Below are positions 54,091 through 63,701 of a stretch of DNA of 64,000 nucleotides, in pieces (the first letter of the stretch is position 1; every line of letters begins with the position of its first letter). A model generated the notes under the pieces. That model ran no database searches. It was not told where the DNA came from and saw nothing but the letters and a program-made list of their open reading frames with translations. This DNA comes from Myxococcota bacterium (GTDB taxonomy: Bacteria > Myxococcota_A > UBA9160 > UBA6930). The stretch is taken from the NCBI GenBank assembly GCA_965223415.1, contig OZ245002.1, forward strand, positions 4,296,757-4,360,756, read 5' to 3'. Position numbers and translations under genes: made by a program.

Positions 54091-55125
54091 GTGAGGGATC
54101 GTTGGATCTGGCTGGCCGATGACGGCGAGCTCGAGGGCCTGCGCGGAACGCTTCAGGCCGCGGGCCTCCAGGTCGAGCGCGAGCCGATCCCCGCCGGCTT
54201 CCTTGGCTCCTCCCAGCCGGTGCTGCTCGGCTCCCCGGCGCGGATCGCCGACCTCTGCGCGCGGTCGCCCGGCGCCCTCAGCGTGGCGGTCCTCGCCAGC
54301 GACGAGCTCGAGCCGGCCCTGGCCCTGGACGCCTGGGTCCGCCGGCCGTTGCACCCCTTCGCCCTCGTCACCCTGCTCGAAGCGCTGGCCCATCCGGGCG
54401 GCGAGCGCCGCTGGGCCCAGCGGGTTGCGATCGGTGCTCCCACCCGGGGGTGGACCCGCCACGGCTTCCGCCGCGCAACCCTGGTCGATCTCTCGGCCTG
54501 CGGTGCCCGGCTCCTCTGCGAGACCCCCGTCAAGGTGGGCGCTCGCATGCTGGTGTGGCTTCCCCGAGCGCCCGGCTTCCGCTGGCCGCGCCGGGTGAGC
54601 GGCCGCGTGCTGCGCTGCGAGCCCAACGCCTGGGAACGTCCGACGCCCCACGCGATCGCCCTCTCGTTTACCGGCGTTCCCCTGGCCGCGCGCCGTCGCC
54701 TCCAGGCCCTCCTCCATCACCACGCCGGCGCCCGTCTCTCCCCGGCGCGCCCCCGCTCCGTCGCGGCCCCGAGCGTCCTGCGCGACCGGCGCGTCCACGA
54801 GCGTCACACCTATGATCGCCGCGTCATCGCCCATCGTCAGGAGGGCCCCGTGGTCCTCCGCGCTCGGGATCTCTCCGTCGCCGGCCTCCGCATCGAGCCC
54901 GCGGACGGGCTCGCCGTCGGCAGCCCTCTCGCGCTGGCCATCCAGGTCAAGTCGGGCACCACGCCCCTGGTCGTCAAGGGCCGCGTCGCCCGGGACGACG
55001 GCGAAGCCGGGATGTCCGTTCTCTTCGACGACCTCGACGCCCAGCGGAAGGATGTCCTGGTGAAGATGCTGGAGGAGCTCGCCGACGGCGGCGTGCAGGT
55101 CGAGCTGGAGCCGCTGCCGGGCTGA
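54091..55125 (+). CDS. Tandem PilZ-domain protein with a REC-like N-terminal region
   Basis: Two complete PilZ signatures: RRWAQR...DLSACG and RRVHER...DLSVAG. GTG start. Confidence 0.8.
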   Translation: MRDRWIWLADDGELEGLRGTLQAAGLQVEREPIPAGFLGSSQPVLLGSPARIADLCARSPGALSVAVLASDELEPALALDAWVRRPLHPFALVTLLEALAHPGGERRWAQRVAIGAPTRGWTRHGFRRATLVDLSACGARLLCETPVKVGARMLVWLPRAPGFRWPRRVSGRVLRCEPNAWERPTPHAIALSFTGVPLAARRRLQALLHHHAGARLSPARPRSVAAPSVLRDRRVHERHTYDRRVIAHRQEGPVVLRARDLSVAGLRIEPADGLAVGSPLALAIQVKSGTTPLVVKGRVARDDGEAGMSVLFDDLDAQRKDVLVKMLEELADGGVQVELEPLPG

Positions 55126-55156
55126 CGCGTGGGGGTCGATCGCTTCCGGGGTCGCC

Positions 55157-56101
55157 CTACCGGAACAGCCGCGACACGCTCGACCCGTCGTGGATCGCTC
55201 GAATCGCGTTCGCGAAGAGCGGCGCGACGGAGCGCACCTCGATTTTGTGGGAACGCTTCTCCGGCGGGATGGGGATCGTGTCGGTGACGACGAGGGAGGT
55301 GAGGGGGGAGGCCTCGATGCGCTCGACGGCCTTGCCCGAGAGCACGGGGTGGACGCAGGCGGCCTCGACGGAGGTGGCGCCCCGGTCAAGGACGAAGCGG
55401 GTCGCCTCCATCATCGTGCCGCCGCTGGCGATCTCGTCGTCGATGATCAGGGCCGTCTTGCCTTCGACGTCGCCGATCAGATTCGTCGCCTGGGCCTTTT
55501 CGTCGTCGCCGTAGCGGCGCTTGTCGACGATGGCGATCGGGAGGTTCAGGCGGTTGGCGTAGTTGCCGACCTCCTTCGACTCCCCGACGTCGCCGGCGAC
55601 CAGCACGTAGTCGGTGAGGTCGCGGTGGTCGCGCAGGTAGTCGCAGAGGATCGGTGCCGCCAGGAGCTGGTCGGCGGGGATGCGGAAGAAACCCTGCACC
55701 TGGGGGGAGTGGAGGTCCATCGTCAGCACCCGGTGGGCGCCGGCCGTCTCGAGCAGGTCGGCGATGAGCCGCGCGGTGATGGAGATCCGCGGCCGGTCCT
55801 TCTTGTCCGAGCGGGCGTAGGGGAAGTAGGGGAGGACGGCGGTGATGCGGTCGGCGGAGGCGTGCTTGAGGGCGTCGATGGTGATGAGCAGCTCGACGAG
55901 GCCGTCCGAGACCGGTGCGCAGGAGGGCTGGATGACGAACACGTCCGCCCCGCGCACGTTCTCCTCGATCTGCACCATCAGGTTTTCGTTCGAGAAGCGC
56001 ACCACCTCCGAGGGGCACACCTCGATGCCCAGGTGCTTGCAGATGTCCGCTGCCAGCTGGGGGTGGGCCGATCCGCCGATGACCTTGATGTCGCCGCTCA
56101 T
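55157..56101 (-). CDS. prs: Ribose-phosphate pyrophosphokinase
   Basis: 314-aa tail of ORF 55157..57706: MSGDIKVIGGSAHPQLA...PYFPYARSDKK...MDLHSPQVQGFF...IIDDEIASGGT. Confidence 0.93.
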   Translation of the reverse strand: MSGDIKVIGGSAHPQLAADICKHLGIEVCPSEVVRFSNENLMVQIEENVRGADVFVIQPSCAPVSDGLVELLITIDALKHASADRITAVLPYFPYARSDKKDRPRISITARLIADLLETAGAHRVLTMDLHSPQVQGFFRIPADQLLAAPILCDYLRDHRDLTDYVLVAGDVGESKEVGNYANRLNLPIAIVDKRRYGDDEKAQATNLIGDVEGKTALIIDDEIASGGTMMEATRFVLDRGATSVEAACVHPVLSGKAVERIEASPLTSLVVTDTIPIPPEKRSHKIEVRSVAPLFANAIRAIHDGSSVSRLFR

Positions 56102-56199
56102 GGCTCTCCTCGGGGTCCGGGCAAGCCTCCGGCACGAGGTCTCCCCGGAAGCCCTGCGGTGATTCCGTTCTGGGCCACTCCCCCCGGAACGGTCGCAGT

Positions 56200-57891
56200 C
56201 TACCCGTTCCCCTTGGCCTTCGCGATCTTCGCCCAGCTGTCGCGGAGCCCGACGACGCGGTTCAGGACCGGGGTGGCGGAGGTCGCTTCCCGGTCCACGC
56301 AGAAGTAGCCGAGCCGCTCGAGCTGGAGGCGGGTGCCGGGGGCGGCTTCGGCCAGGGAGGGCTCGAGCCAGGCGGGAGACACGCGCTCGAGGGATCTCGG
56401 GTTGAGCGCCTCCCGGAAGCTCTCGTCCCGAGGGTCGGGCTCGGCGTCGGAGAAGAGCACCTCGTAGAGACGCAGCTCCGCCGCCAGGGCGTGGCGGGCC
56501 GAGACCCAGTGGATCGTGCCGCGCACCTTGCGCCCGTCCGGCGCGTCGCCGCCCCGGGTCTCCGGGTCGTAGGTGCAGCGGACCTCCACCACCTCGCCGC
56601 CTTCGTCCTTCACCACGTCGGTACAGGTGACGAGGTAGGCGTAGCGGAGCCGCACCTCCTTGCCCGGCGTCAGCCGGTGGAACTTCTTCGGCGGGTCCAG
56701 GGCGAAGTCGTCGCGCTCGATCCAGAGCTCCCGGGCGAAGGGAACGCTGCGGCTGCCGGCCTCGGGATCCTGGGGATTGTTGATCGCCGGGAGCTCCTCC
56801 TCCGCGTCCTCCGGGTAGTTCTCGACGACCAGCTTCAGCGGCCGGATCACACCCATCGCCCGCGGCGCGACCTGGTTCAGGTGCTCGCGGATCTCGAACT
56901 CCAGCCGCGCCAGCTCGACGGTCTTCGGCTGGCGGGTGAGCCCGACGCCGGTGCAAAAGGCCCGGATCGCCTCCGGCGTGTAGCCGCGCCGCCGCATGCC
57001 CGAGAGGGTCGGCATGCGCGGATCGTCCCAGCCGGTGACGATCCCGGCCTCGATCAGCCGGGCGAGATGGCGCTTGCTCATCACCGTGTGGGTGAGGCCC
57101 ACCCGGCCGAACTCGATCTGCCGCGGCCGCGGCTCCGGGATGCCGACCTCTTCGAGGATCCAGTCGTAGAGGGGTCGGCGATCGACGAACTCGTGGCTGC
57201 AGAGCGAGTGGGTGATGCCCTCGATCGCGTCGGAAAGGCTGTGGGCGAAATCGTACATCGGGTAGATGGGCCACTCGGTGCCCGTGCGATGATGCGGCGT
57301 GTCCTGGACCCGGTAGAGGATCGGGTCGCGCATGGGCAGCACCGACGAGGCCATGTCGATCCTGGCGCGCAGAACCCGGGTGCCCGGTGCGAACTCCCCG
57401 GCCCGCATGCGCCGGAAGAGGTCGAGGCTCTCGTCGGGGCCGCGCTCCCGGTAGGGGCTGGGTGTGCCGGGCTCGGTGAGGGTGCCCCGGCGCAGGGCGA
57501 TCTCTTCGGAGCTGAGATCGCAGACGAAGGCCTTGCCCTTCTCGATCAGGTCGCAGGCGAAGCTGTAGAGCCTCTCGAAGTAGTCGGAGGTGTAGTGGAG
57601 GTGCTCGCCCCAATCGAAGCCGAGCCAGTGGATATCCTCCATCATCGAGTCGGCGAAGTGGGCTTCCTCGGCGGCGGGGTTCGTGTCGTCGAAGCGCAGG
57701 TGACAACGGCCGCCGAACTCCTCGGCGACGCCGAAGTTCTGGCAGATTGCCGCGGCGTGGCCGATGTGCAGGTGGCCGTTGGGCTCCGGTGGGAACCGGG
57801 TGACGATCGAGTCGTGCTTCCCCGCCAGGAGCTCCTCCCGGACGATCTGACGGATGAAGTCCTCGGGACGTGCGTCGGTCTCGTCCGCCAT
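56200..57891 (-). CDS. glnS: Glutamine--tRNA ligase
   Basis: 563 aa. Class I HIGH (PEPNGHLHIGHA) and KMSKS-type (VMSKR) motifs and a GlnRS-type C-terminal anticodon-binding region. Confidence 0.9.
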   Translation of the reverse strand: MADETDARPEDFIRQIVREELLAGKHDSIVTRFPPEPNGHLHIGHAAAICQNFGVAEEFGGRCHLRFDDTNPAAEEAHFADSMMEDIHWLGFDWGEHLHYTSDYFERLYSFACDLIEKGKAFVCDLSSEEIALRRGTLTEPGTPSPYRERGPDESLDLFRRMRAGEFAPGTRVLRARIDMASSVLPMRDPILYRVQDTPHHRTGTEWPIYPMYDFAHSLSDAIEGITHSLCSHEFVDRRPLYDWILEEVGIPEPRPRQIEFGRVGLTHTVMSKRHLARLIEAGIVTGWDDPRMPTLSGMRRRGYTPEAIRAFCTGVGLTRQPKTVELARLEFEIREHLNQVAPRAMGVIRPLKLVVENYPEDAEEELPAINNPQDPEAGSRSVPFARELWIERDDFALDPPKKFHRLTPGKEVRLRYAYLVTCTDVVKDEGGEVVEVRCTYDPETRGGDAPDGRKVRGTIHWVSARHALAAELRLYEVLFSDAEPDPRDESFREALNPRSLERVSPAWLEPSLAEAAPGTRLQLERLGYFCVDREATSATPVLNRVVGLRDSWAKIAKAKGNG

Positions 57892-59735
57892 CACTCCCCC
57901 GCGGCGACGGGGGCGGCCGACGCGCACTCGAGCGAGGTGAGGGCCTCGCGTTCGATCCGGCCCCACCCGATCATGGTCTCGGCCAGTGCGCAGCGGGCGG
58001 CGGCGTCCGGCAGACGCTCGTCCTCCGCCAGGTCCTGGGCGACGGTTCCGCTGGTCGTGACCTCTCGCGCCATCGTGAGGCCCCCCTCGGCGGTGGCGTC
58101 GAGCCGCATCCACTTCTCCCCGGCGGTGCCCGGATCCCAGGCCTTCCATTCGGGCAACACGCCGTCGCGGCCGCGGCCCGGTGCGCCGTTCGCCGCGAAC
58201 GCACTCCAGTAGGAGCGCATGGCCGCGGACAGGGCCTCGCGGCCGGGCAGGTTGTCGTCGTCGAACAGGAGGCCCGTCTGGGGACCCAGGTCCCAGTGGC
58301 CGAACACGAAGGGAATCTCGAAGCCGTGGGCGGCGCCCAGCAGCTGGCCCAGATCCTTGCCGAGCACGGTCGGCTCCTCGTCCCAGTCGAAGCGATAGGC
58401 GAAGACGCGGCCGGGATGCTGGGGCGCCAGGATCTCGGCGAGCTCGTCGACGCCGATCGCCTTCCACTGGCGGCTCAGGTACTCGGCGGTCAGCAGGAAG
58501 CGGTCCGGGTCGTGGACCTGGGGCCAGAACCCGAACCACTGGGTGACGTAGTCCGGATCGAAGTAGAGGAAGAGCTTGTCCTCGTCCCGGTTGGTACCGA
58601 GGACGATCGGTACGTCGGCGTGGCCGCCCCGACGTTCGAGGGCCGCGCGGATGCTGTCGGCGGGCAGCACGACGCCGTCGGAGAAGGGCATCGGCATCTC
58701 GTACATGCCGATGCCGCCTTCGTCGTAGCTCCTGAGCAGATCCACCGGCTCCTGCCCGCGAAGGAAGGAGGCGATCTCCGTCGGCTTCATGCCGGCGAGC
58801 GCGGTCTTCGCCTGCTCCCGGTCGTCGGCGAGCCCCTGGGCCTCCAGGCGGTCCAGCACGATCTCCGTGCTGCTCCGGGGATGGCCCTGCGGCTCCGCGT
58901 CGATCGCGTTCTCGCCCCAGGACGGCTCCCGGGTCCAGGTGCCGCCGCTCTGCACGATGGCGCGGTGGAACAGGCCGCGGGCCACCGGCGAGGTGTAGAG
59001 CATGAGCACGTTGTGCCCGCCGGCGGACTCACCGAAGATCGTGACGTTGTCCGGATCCCCGCCGAACGCCGCGATGTGGTCGCGCACCCAGGCGAGGGCC
59101 GTCGCCAGATCGAGGAGGGCGAAGTTCCCGGACTGCTCCTCCGGGCTGGCGCCGTCGCGCAGCGAGGCGTGGCGGAACCACCCGAAGGGTCCGAGCCGGT
59201 AGTTCACCGTCACCACCACCACGTCCTCGTCCGCCGCGAGCCGACCGCCGTCGTAGAAGGCCGAGGTGCCGATGGTGTTGCCGCCCCCGTGGATCCAGAA
59301 CAGCACCGGTCGGCGGGGGCCCGTGGCGGCGCCCTCCTGGCGCGGGGCGTAGACGTTGAGGAACAGGCAGTCCTCGTCGCCGACCGGTTCGCCCGGATCC
59401 GCCGAGAGGTCGCCCCCCAGCTCGCTGGCGAACTGCACGCAGGAGGCGCCGAAGGCGAGTGCCTCCCGGGGCTCGCTCCAGGTGGGATGGGCCCGCGGCG
59501 CCCGCCAGCGCAGGGAGCCCACCGGAGCCTGGGCGTAGGGCACGCCCAACCAGGCATGGGAGCCGTAGGGGCTCGTGAACCCGACGACGGGGCCGCTCGG
59601 CGTCTCCCGCAGCGACGTGAAGTCGGCGCCGGCCCGAGGCGCCGGTCCGGAGCCGCAGGCGAGGGCCGCGAGCGACATCCCCCCGAGCGCCCCGACCGCA
59701 ACCCAACGCGTCGCGAGTCGCATGACGAGCCCCAT
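57891..59735 (-). CDS. Type-B carboxylesterase/lipase family protein, probable lipoprotein
   Basis: N-terminal MSLAALACGS lipobox-like signal. LGVPYAQAPVGSLRW, EDCLFLNVY, and nucleophile FGESAGG. The stop overlaps the glnS ATG (TGATG). Confidence 0.85.
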   Translation of the reverse strand: MGLVMRLATRWVAVGALGGMSLAALACGSGPAPRAGADFTSLRETPSGPVVGFTSPYGSHAWLGVPYAQAPVGSLRWRAPRAHPTWSEPREALAFGASCVQFASELGGDLSADPGEPVGDEDCLFLNVYAPRQEGAATGPRRPVLFWIHGGGNTIGTSAFYDGGRLAADEDVVVVTVNYRLGPFGWFRHASLRDGASPEEQSGNFALLDLATALAWVRDHIAAFGGDPDNVTIFGESAGGHNVLMLYTSPVARGLFHRAIVQSGGTWTREPSWGENAIDAEPQGHPRSSTEIVLDRLEAQGLADDREQAKTALAGMKPTEIASFLRGQEPVDLLRSYDEGGIGMYEMPMPFSDGVVLPADSIRAALERRGGHADVPIVLGTNRDEDKLFLYFDPDYVTQWFGFWPQVHDPDRFLLTAEYLSRQWKAIGVDELAEILAPQHPGRVFAYRFDWDEEPTVLGKDLGQLLGAAHGFEIPFVFGHWDLGPQTGLLFDDDNLPGREALSAAMRSYWSAFAANGAPGRGRDGVLPEWKAWDPGTAGEKWMRLDATAEGGLTMAREVTTSGTVAQDLAEDERLPDAAARCALAETMIGWGRIEREALTSLECASAAPVAAGE

Positions 59736-59831
59736 CTCTACCTCCGGCGCGCGAAGCCGCGGAGGATAGCCAGGGAGCCCACCGGGCGCTCCGGCCCTTC
59801 CGGGCCAGAGCGCGTCGGCGACGCGTCCGGT

Positions 59832-60248
59832 TCAGAGCTCGTCGACGCGTCCGGACAAGACGGCGCGCTCCTCGCCCTCCATGTCCTCCCGGAGCAGCGC
59901 GAGGAAGGTGCGCAGCTCCTGGATCACGAGTCGGCTGGGCCGGGAGGCGTGCTCCAATCGGCCGAGCACGTACTCGAAGAGGAGACGCTGCTCCCGGTGC
60001 TCCTCCTCGATGGCCACGGCCTCGTCCTCGCCGAGGGTCTCGCGGACCCACGGCACCAGGTGCCGGTCCTCGAGATCCAGGTGGCGGGCGAGCTGCTCGT
60101 TCAGGTGGAGGCCCCGCTCCCGGACCCGGCGCAGGGAGACCGCGTCCCCTCGCCGGGCCTGTTCGAGAGTGCTCTCCAGCTCGCCCAGGGTCTCGCGGAT
60201 GGCCGCGTGGTCCGCCCGCACCCGGTCGTGGATGGCCTCCGGCTTCAT
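59832..60248 (-). CDS. Hemerythrin-like (HHE cation-binding) domain protein
   Basis: 138-aa tail of ORF 59832..60419. Spaced His/Glu ligand candidates in DHAAIRE, ARHLDLEDRHL and EEEHREQ. Confidence 0.65.
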   Translation of the reverse strand: MKPEAIHDRVRADHAAIRETLGELESTLEQARRGDAVSLRRVRERGLHLNEQLARHLDLEDRHLVPWVRETLGEDEAVAIEEEHREQRLLFEYVLGRLEHASRPSRLVIQELRTFLALLREDMEGEERAVLSGRVDEL

Positions 60249-60445
60249 GCCCGGTCCAGCACGCAAGCCTCGTGCCCTTTGATGGGGCAGCCCAGGAGCC
60301 CCCAGGAGCGTCGGCGGGGCGCGGTGCACCAGCGGGTCGCGACTTGACCCAGCGGCGGATTTCGAGGCATCCTGCGGCTCCCCGAAGGGGTGCGGGCCCA
60401 AATCACCGCGCTCTGACACACCGTCCTCGGAGAGGTCCCGATTCC

Positions 60446-62800
60446 ATGCCCTTGCGCGCTGCCGTCCTTCTCCTCGCTCTGTCCCCCGTGGTGCTCGGTG
60501 GGCCGAACTGTGCCCCGCCCACCACGGGGCCGGACACGACCTTCCCGGGCTACGCGGTGCTCCAGCTCTCCGCCTTCGGGCCCACCAGCGTGGAAGACCA
60601 GCTTCGCCTGGCCGCCCAGACCGTCGACCCGGGCACGATCATCGAGCTGCCGGCCGGTACGTTCCCGTTCGCCGGGGGCGTCACCTTCGACACCTCCCAC
60701 GTGACGATCCGCGGCCAGGGCATCGACGTCACGATCCTCGATTTCTCGGGCGCCTCGACGCCCCAGGGCATCCTCGGGCGGGGCGATCACTTCGCGGTGC
60801 AGGACTTCACGGTCCTCGATCCCCCGGGCGACGGCATCAAGACCGAGTTCGTCGACGGGGCGGTCTTCGAGCGGGTGAAGGTGGAGTGGCCGAGCGGCCC
60901 CGATCCGAACAACGGCGCCTACGGCATCTACCCGGCCCAGAACGACAACGTCCTGATCGACGGCGTGATCGTGCGCGGCGCGATCGACGCGGGCATCTAC
61001 GTCGGCCAGAGCCGCAACGTGATCGTCCGCAACTGCGTCGCCTACGAGAACGTGCTCGGCATCGAGATCGAGAACACGATCGGCGCCGACACCTACGACA
61101 ACCTCACCTACGACAACACCGCCGGCATCGTGGCCTTCAACCTGGTGGGCCTGCAGCCGCCGGACCAGAACCGATTCTTCAACAACACGATGCGAGACAA
61201 CAACACGCCCAACTTCGCGGCCGGCGGCATCCTCTCGAGCGTTCCCGGCGGCACGGGCATGCTCGTGATCGGCAACAAGAACCTCGAGATCTTCAACAAC
61301 ACCTTCGACAACAACGAGACGGTGAACCTCTTCGTCTCGAGCATGCACATCGCGGACTTCCCGAACCTGAATCCGACCTACCCGCCGGGCTACGACCCCT
61401 ACGCCGAGGGCATCTACATTCACGACAACGTGATGACCGGCGGCGGCAACCTGCCCCAGGGCCAGCTCGGCAACCTGGTGTCGCTGGCCCTGGGCTCCCC
61501 GGCGCCGGACATCGCCATCGGCGGCTATGCGAACCCGGCCCACATCCCGAACCTCGATCCGAACCAGCCCATCGCGAACCAGCTGCCGACCCACCTCAAG
61601 ATCTGCATCCAGAACAACACCATCGACACCGCGTTCGGCAGCATCAACGGCTTCAGCGTGCAGGGGCCTCAGTTCGATCCCACGCCCCACGATTGCGCCC
61701 AGGCGCCGCTTCCCGCGATCACCCTGCCGACGCCGCCTCCGCCGCCGACCACCGGCGGCTTCACGCCGGCGGAGATCGACGCCTTCTGCAACGACGGCGA
61801 GCAGGGCATCAACTGGGACGCACTGGCCAACGTGAACTGCCCGGACCTGGCGGCCTACCGGCTCTTCCCGACCGGCGATCCCCGCGACGCCCAGGTCGGC
61901 GGCCTGCCCTACGAGCTGAACACGCCGCTCTTCTCTGACTACGCGGTGAAGCACCGGCAGATCTTCCTGCCGCCCGGCACCGCGATGTCCTACGACGACA
62001 CCGACTTCCTGGGCTTTCCCCTCGGCACGGTGATCGCCAAGAGCTTCGGCTTCCGCGATCCGACGGCTTCTCCGCCGCGGGAGGTGCTGATCGAGACCCG
62101 GCTCCTGGTGCTGCGGGCGAACGGCTGGGTCGGGCTCCCGTACGTCTGGGACGTCACCGAGACGGTCGCGACTTACACGCCCCAGGGCGCGTCGGTGAAC
62201 ACGAACCTGCTCACCGACGACGACGTGCTGGTCAATACGGACTACGGCGTGCCGTCGCGCACCGACTGCGGGCAGTGCCACTTCACGGGCTCGGGAGGCG
62301 ACGTGCCGATCGGCCCCACCGTGCGCAACCTGAACCGCCTGGAGCCCTTCGGCACGCGCAACCAGCTCGACCTGTGGACCGACGAGGGCGTGCTCCTCTA
62401 TGCCCCGCCTTCCGCTCAGGCACCGCTCCTGCCCGTCTGGAACCAGCCGAGCACGGGAACCGTCGCCGAGCGCGCCCGAGCCTACCTCGAAGAGAACTGC
62501 GCTCACTGCCACAACCCGAACGGTCGGGCCAGCTCCACGCAGCTGTGGCTCGAGCACGACCGGCCCCTCGGCCTGAACGTCGGCCTGTGCAAGCAGCCGA
62601 TCGCCGCCGGCCCGGGGAAGCTCGGGCTCACCTACGACATCGAGCCCGGCGCCCCGGACAGCTCGATCCTCGTTCGGCGCATGGACGACCTGCGGCCCGC
62701 GGTCATGATGCCGGAGATCGAGAAGAGCCTGATCCACGATGCCGGCGTCGCGCTGGTGACCCAGTGGGTGGAGGAGATGAACCTGCCGGCCTGTCCGTGA
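60446..62800 (+). CDS. Secreted fusion: right-handed parallel beta-helix repeat domain plus diheme c-type cytochrome (SO_2930-like)
   Basis: Met 59 of ORF 60272..62800 gives the signal peptide MPLRAAVLLLALSPVVLGG. Asn/Ile-rich beta-helix rungs (NVIVRNCVAYEN, NLTYDNTAGI, NNTMRDNN, FNNTFDNNE). Two CxxCH sites (CGQCH, CAHCH). Confidence 0.8.
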   Translation: MPLRAAVLLLALSPVVLGGPNCAPPTTGPDTTFPGYAVLQLSAFGPTSVEDQLRLAAQTVDPGTIIELPAGTFPFAGGVTFDTSHVTIRGQGIDVTILDFSGASTPQGILGRGDHFAVQDFTVLDPPGDGIKTEFVDGAVFERVKVEWPSGPDPNNGAYGIYPAQNDNVLIDGVIVRGAIDAGIYVGQSRNVIVRNCVAYENVLGIEIENTIGADTYDNLTYDNTAGIVAFNLVGLQPPDQNRFFNNTMRDNNTPNFAAGGILSSVPGGTGMLVIGNKNLEIFNNTFDNNETVNLFVSSMHIADFPNLNPTYPPGYDPYAEGIYIHDNVMTGGGNLPQGQLGNLVSLALGSPAPDIAIGGYANPAHIPNLDPNQPIANQLPTHLKICIQNNTIDTAFGSINGFSVQGPQFDPTPHDCAQAPLPAITLPTPPPPPTTGGFTPAEIDAFCNDGEQGINWDALANVNCPDLAAYRLFPTGDPRDAQVGGLPYELNTPLFSDYAVKHRQIFLPPGTAMSYDDTDFLGFPLGTVIAKSFGFRDPTASPPREVLIETRLLVLRANGWVGLPYVWDVTETVATYTPQGASVNTNLLTDDDVLVNTDYGVPSRTDCGQCHFTGSGGDVPIGPTVRNLNRLEPFGTRNQLDLWTDEGVLLYAPPSAQAPLLPVWNQPSTGTVAERARAYLEENCAHCHNPNGRASSTQLWLEHDRPLGLNVGLCKQPIAAGPGKLGLTYDIEPGAPDSSILVRRMDDLRPAVMMPEIEKSLIHDAGVALVTQWVEEMNLPACP

Positions 62801-62843
62801 TCTCCGGGCCGGGCCGTGGGCAGCCCGCGGCCCGACAGCCGTC

Positions 62844-63701
62844 CTATCCGCCCGCCATCCTGCGGTTCGCCGCGATGGCGGCGGACAGGAACGTCTCGAG
62901 TCTCGTCGCCTGCTCGTCAGCCCCCGGCTCCCGGACGATCGTCCGGCCCCGAAGGATCGCGCCGGTCCACCCCTGGGTGTGCCAGACCCCGCCCCCGGAG
63001 AGGTCGGCGAGCTCCGGGCTCGCCGCGCCGGGCCAGTGGTTCACGTACCAGTAGGGCTCGTCGTAGATCTCGTCGCCCGGGGAGAGCCCGACGCCGACGG
63101 TCCGGGTGGCCGCCCCCGAGGAGTCCTTCGCCAGCTCGAGCAGCAGAGCCAGGTCGAAGTGGTGGGGCCAGCAGCGCACCGGAGTCGCCTCGTCCGGGTG
63201 CCGGGCGGCGAGGAGGCGCAGGGTGTCGTCGGCGACGTCGAACCAGCGGGCCAGCTCGGCCAGGGCGCCCGGCTCGGGGTCGAAGGGCGCGCCCTCTCCG
63301 GCGGCATGGGCCGGCATGTCGTAGCCCGGATGGACGAGCTTGAGGTCGACCGCGCCACGGGTCCAGGTCCGGGCCCAGCCCGCGGCGAGAGCGTAGGCGT
63401 CGTCGACGGTCGAGCCGACGAGCGCCTGCTCCTCCCGGATCGCGCCCTGGGCGTCGAGCAGCAGCAGGTGGAGGTCTGCGATGCGAAGCGCAAGCCGGAA
63501 GGGGTGGGCGCCGGGCACCAGATCGCCGGCCAGGGCTGCCTGGGCGCGAATCCACTCCAGGTTCGTGTGACTCGTGTCCGGGACGGGCGCGAGGAAGCGC
63601 TCGCCCGCGGCCGCGAGGGCCTGGGCGGCCCAATGGGCCTGGAGCCGGGCGTCGGTGAGCGCCGCCGGCGGTACGGTGCCGAGGCGCGAACGGCCGATCA
63701 C
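62844..63701 (-). CDS. Hypothetical protein
   Basis: GTG at 63701 forming a GTGA overlap with the upstream gene stop. 285 aa, no family recognised. The part of ORF 62844..63836 upstream of 63701 is Arg/Pro-rich overlap sequence. Confidence 0.55.
   Translation of the reverse strand: MIGRSRLGTVPPAALTDARLQAHWAAQALAAAGERFLAPVPDTSHTNLEWIRAQAALAGDLVPGAHPFRLALRIADLHLLLLDAQGAIREEQALVGSTVDDAYALAAGWARTWTRGAVDLKLVHPGYDMPAHAAGEGAPFDPEPGALAELARWFDVADDTLRLLAARHPDEATPVRCWPHHFDLALLLELAKDSSGAATRTVGVGLSPGDEIYDEPYWYVNHWPGAASPELADLSGGGVWHTQGWTGAILRGRTIVREPGADEQATRLETFLSAAIAANRRMAGG

Noticed and set aside
60245-62737. 830-aa minus-strand ORF antisense to the beta-helix/cytochrome gene
   Set aside because: The plus strand has a signal peptide, beta-helix rungs and two CxxCH sites. 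The antisense translation has no features. It is a shadow ORF.
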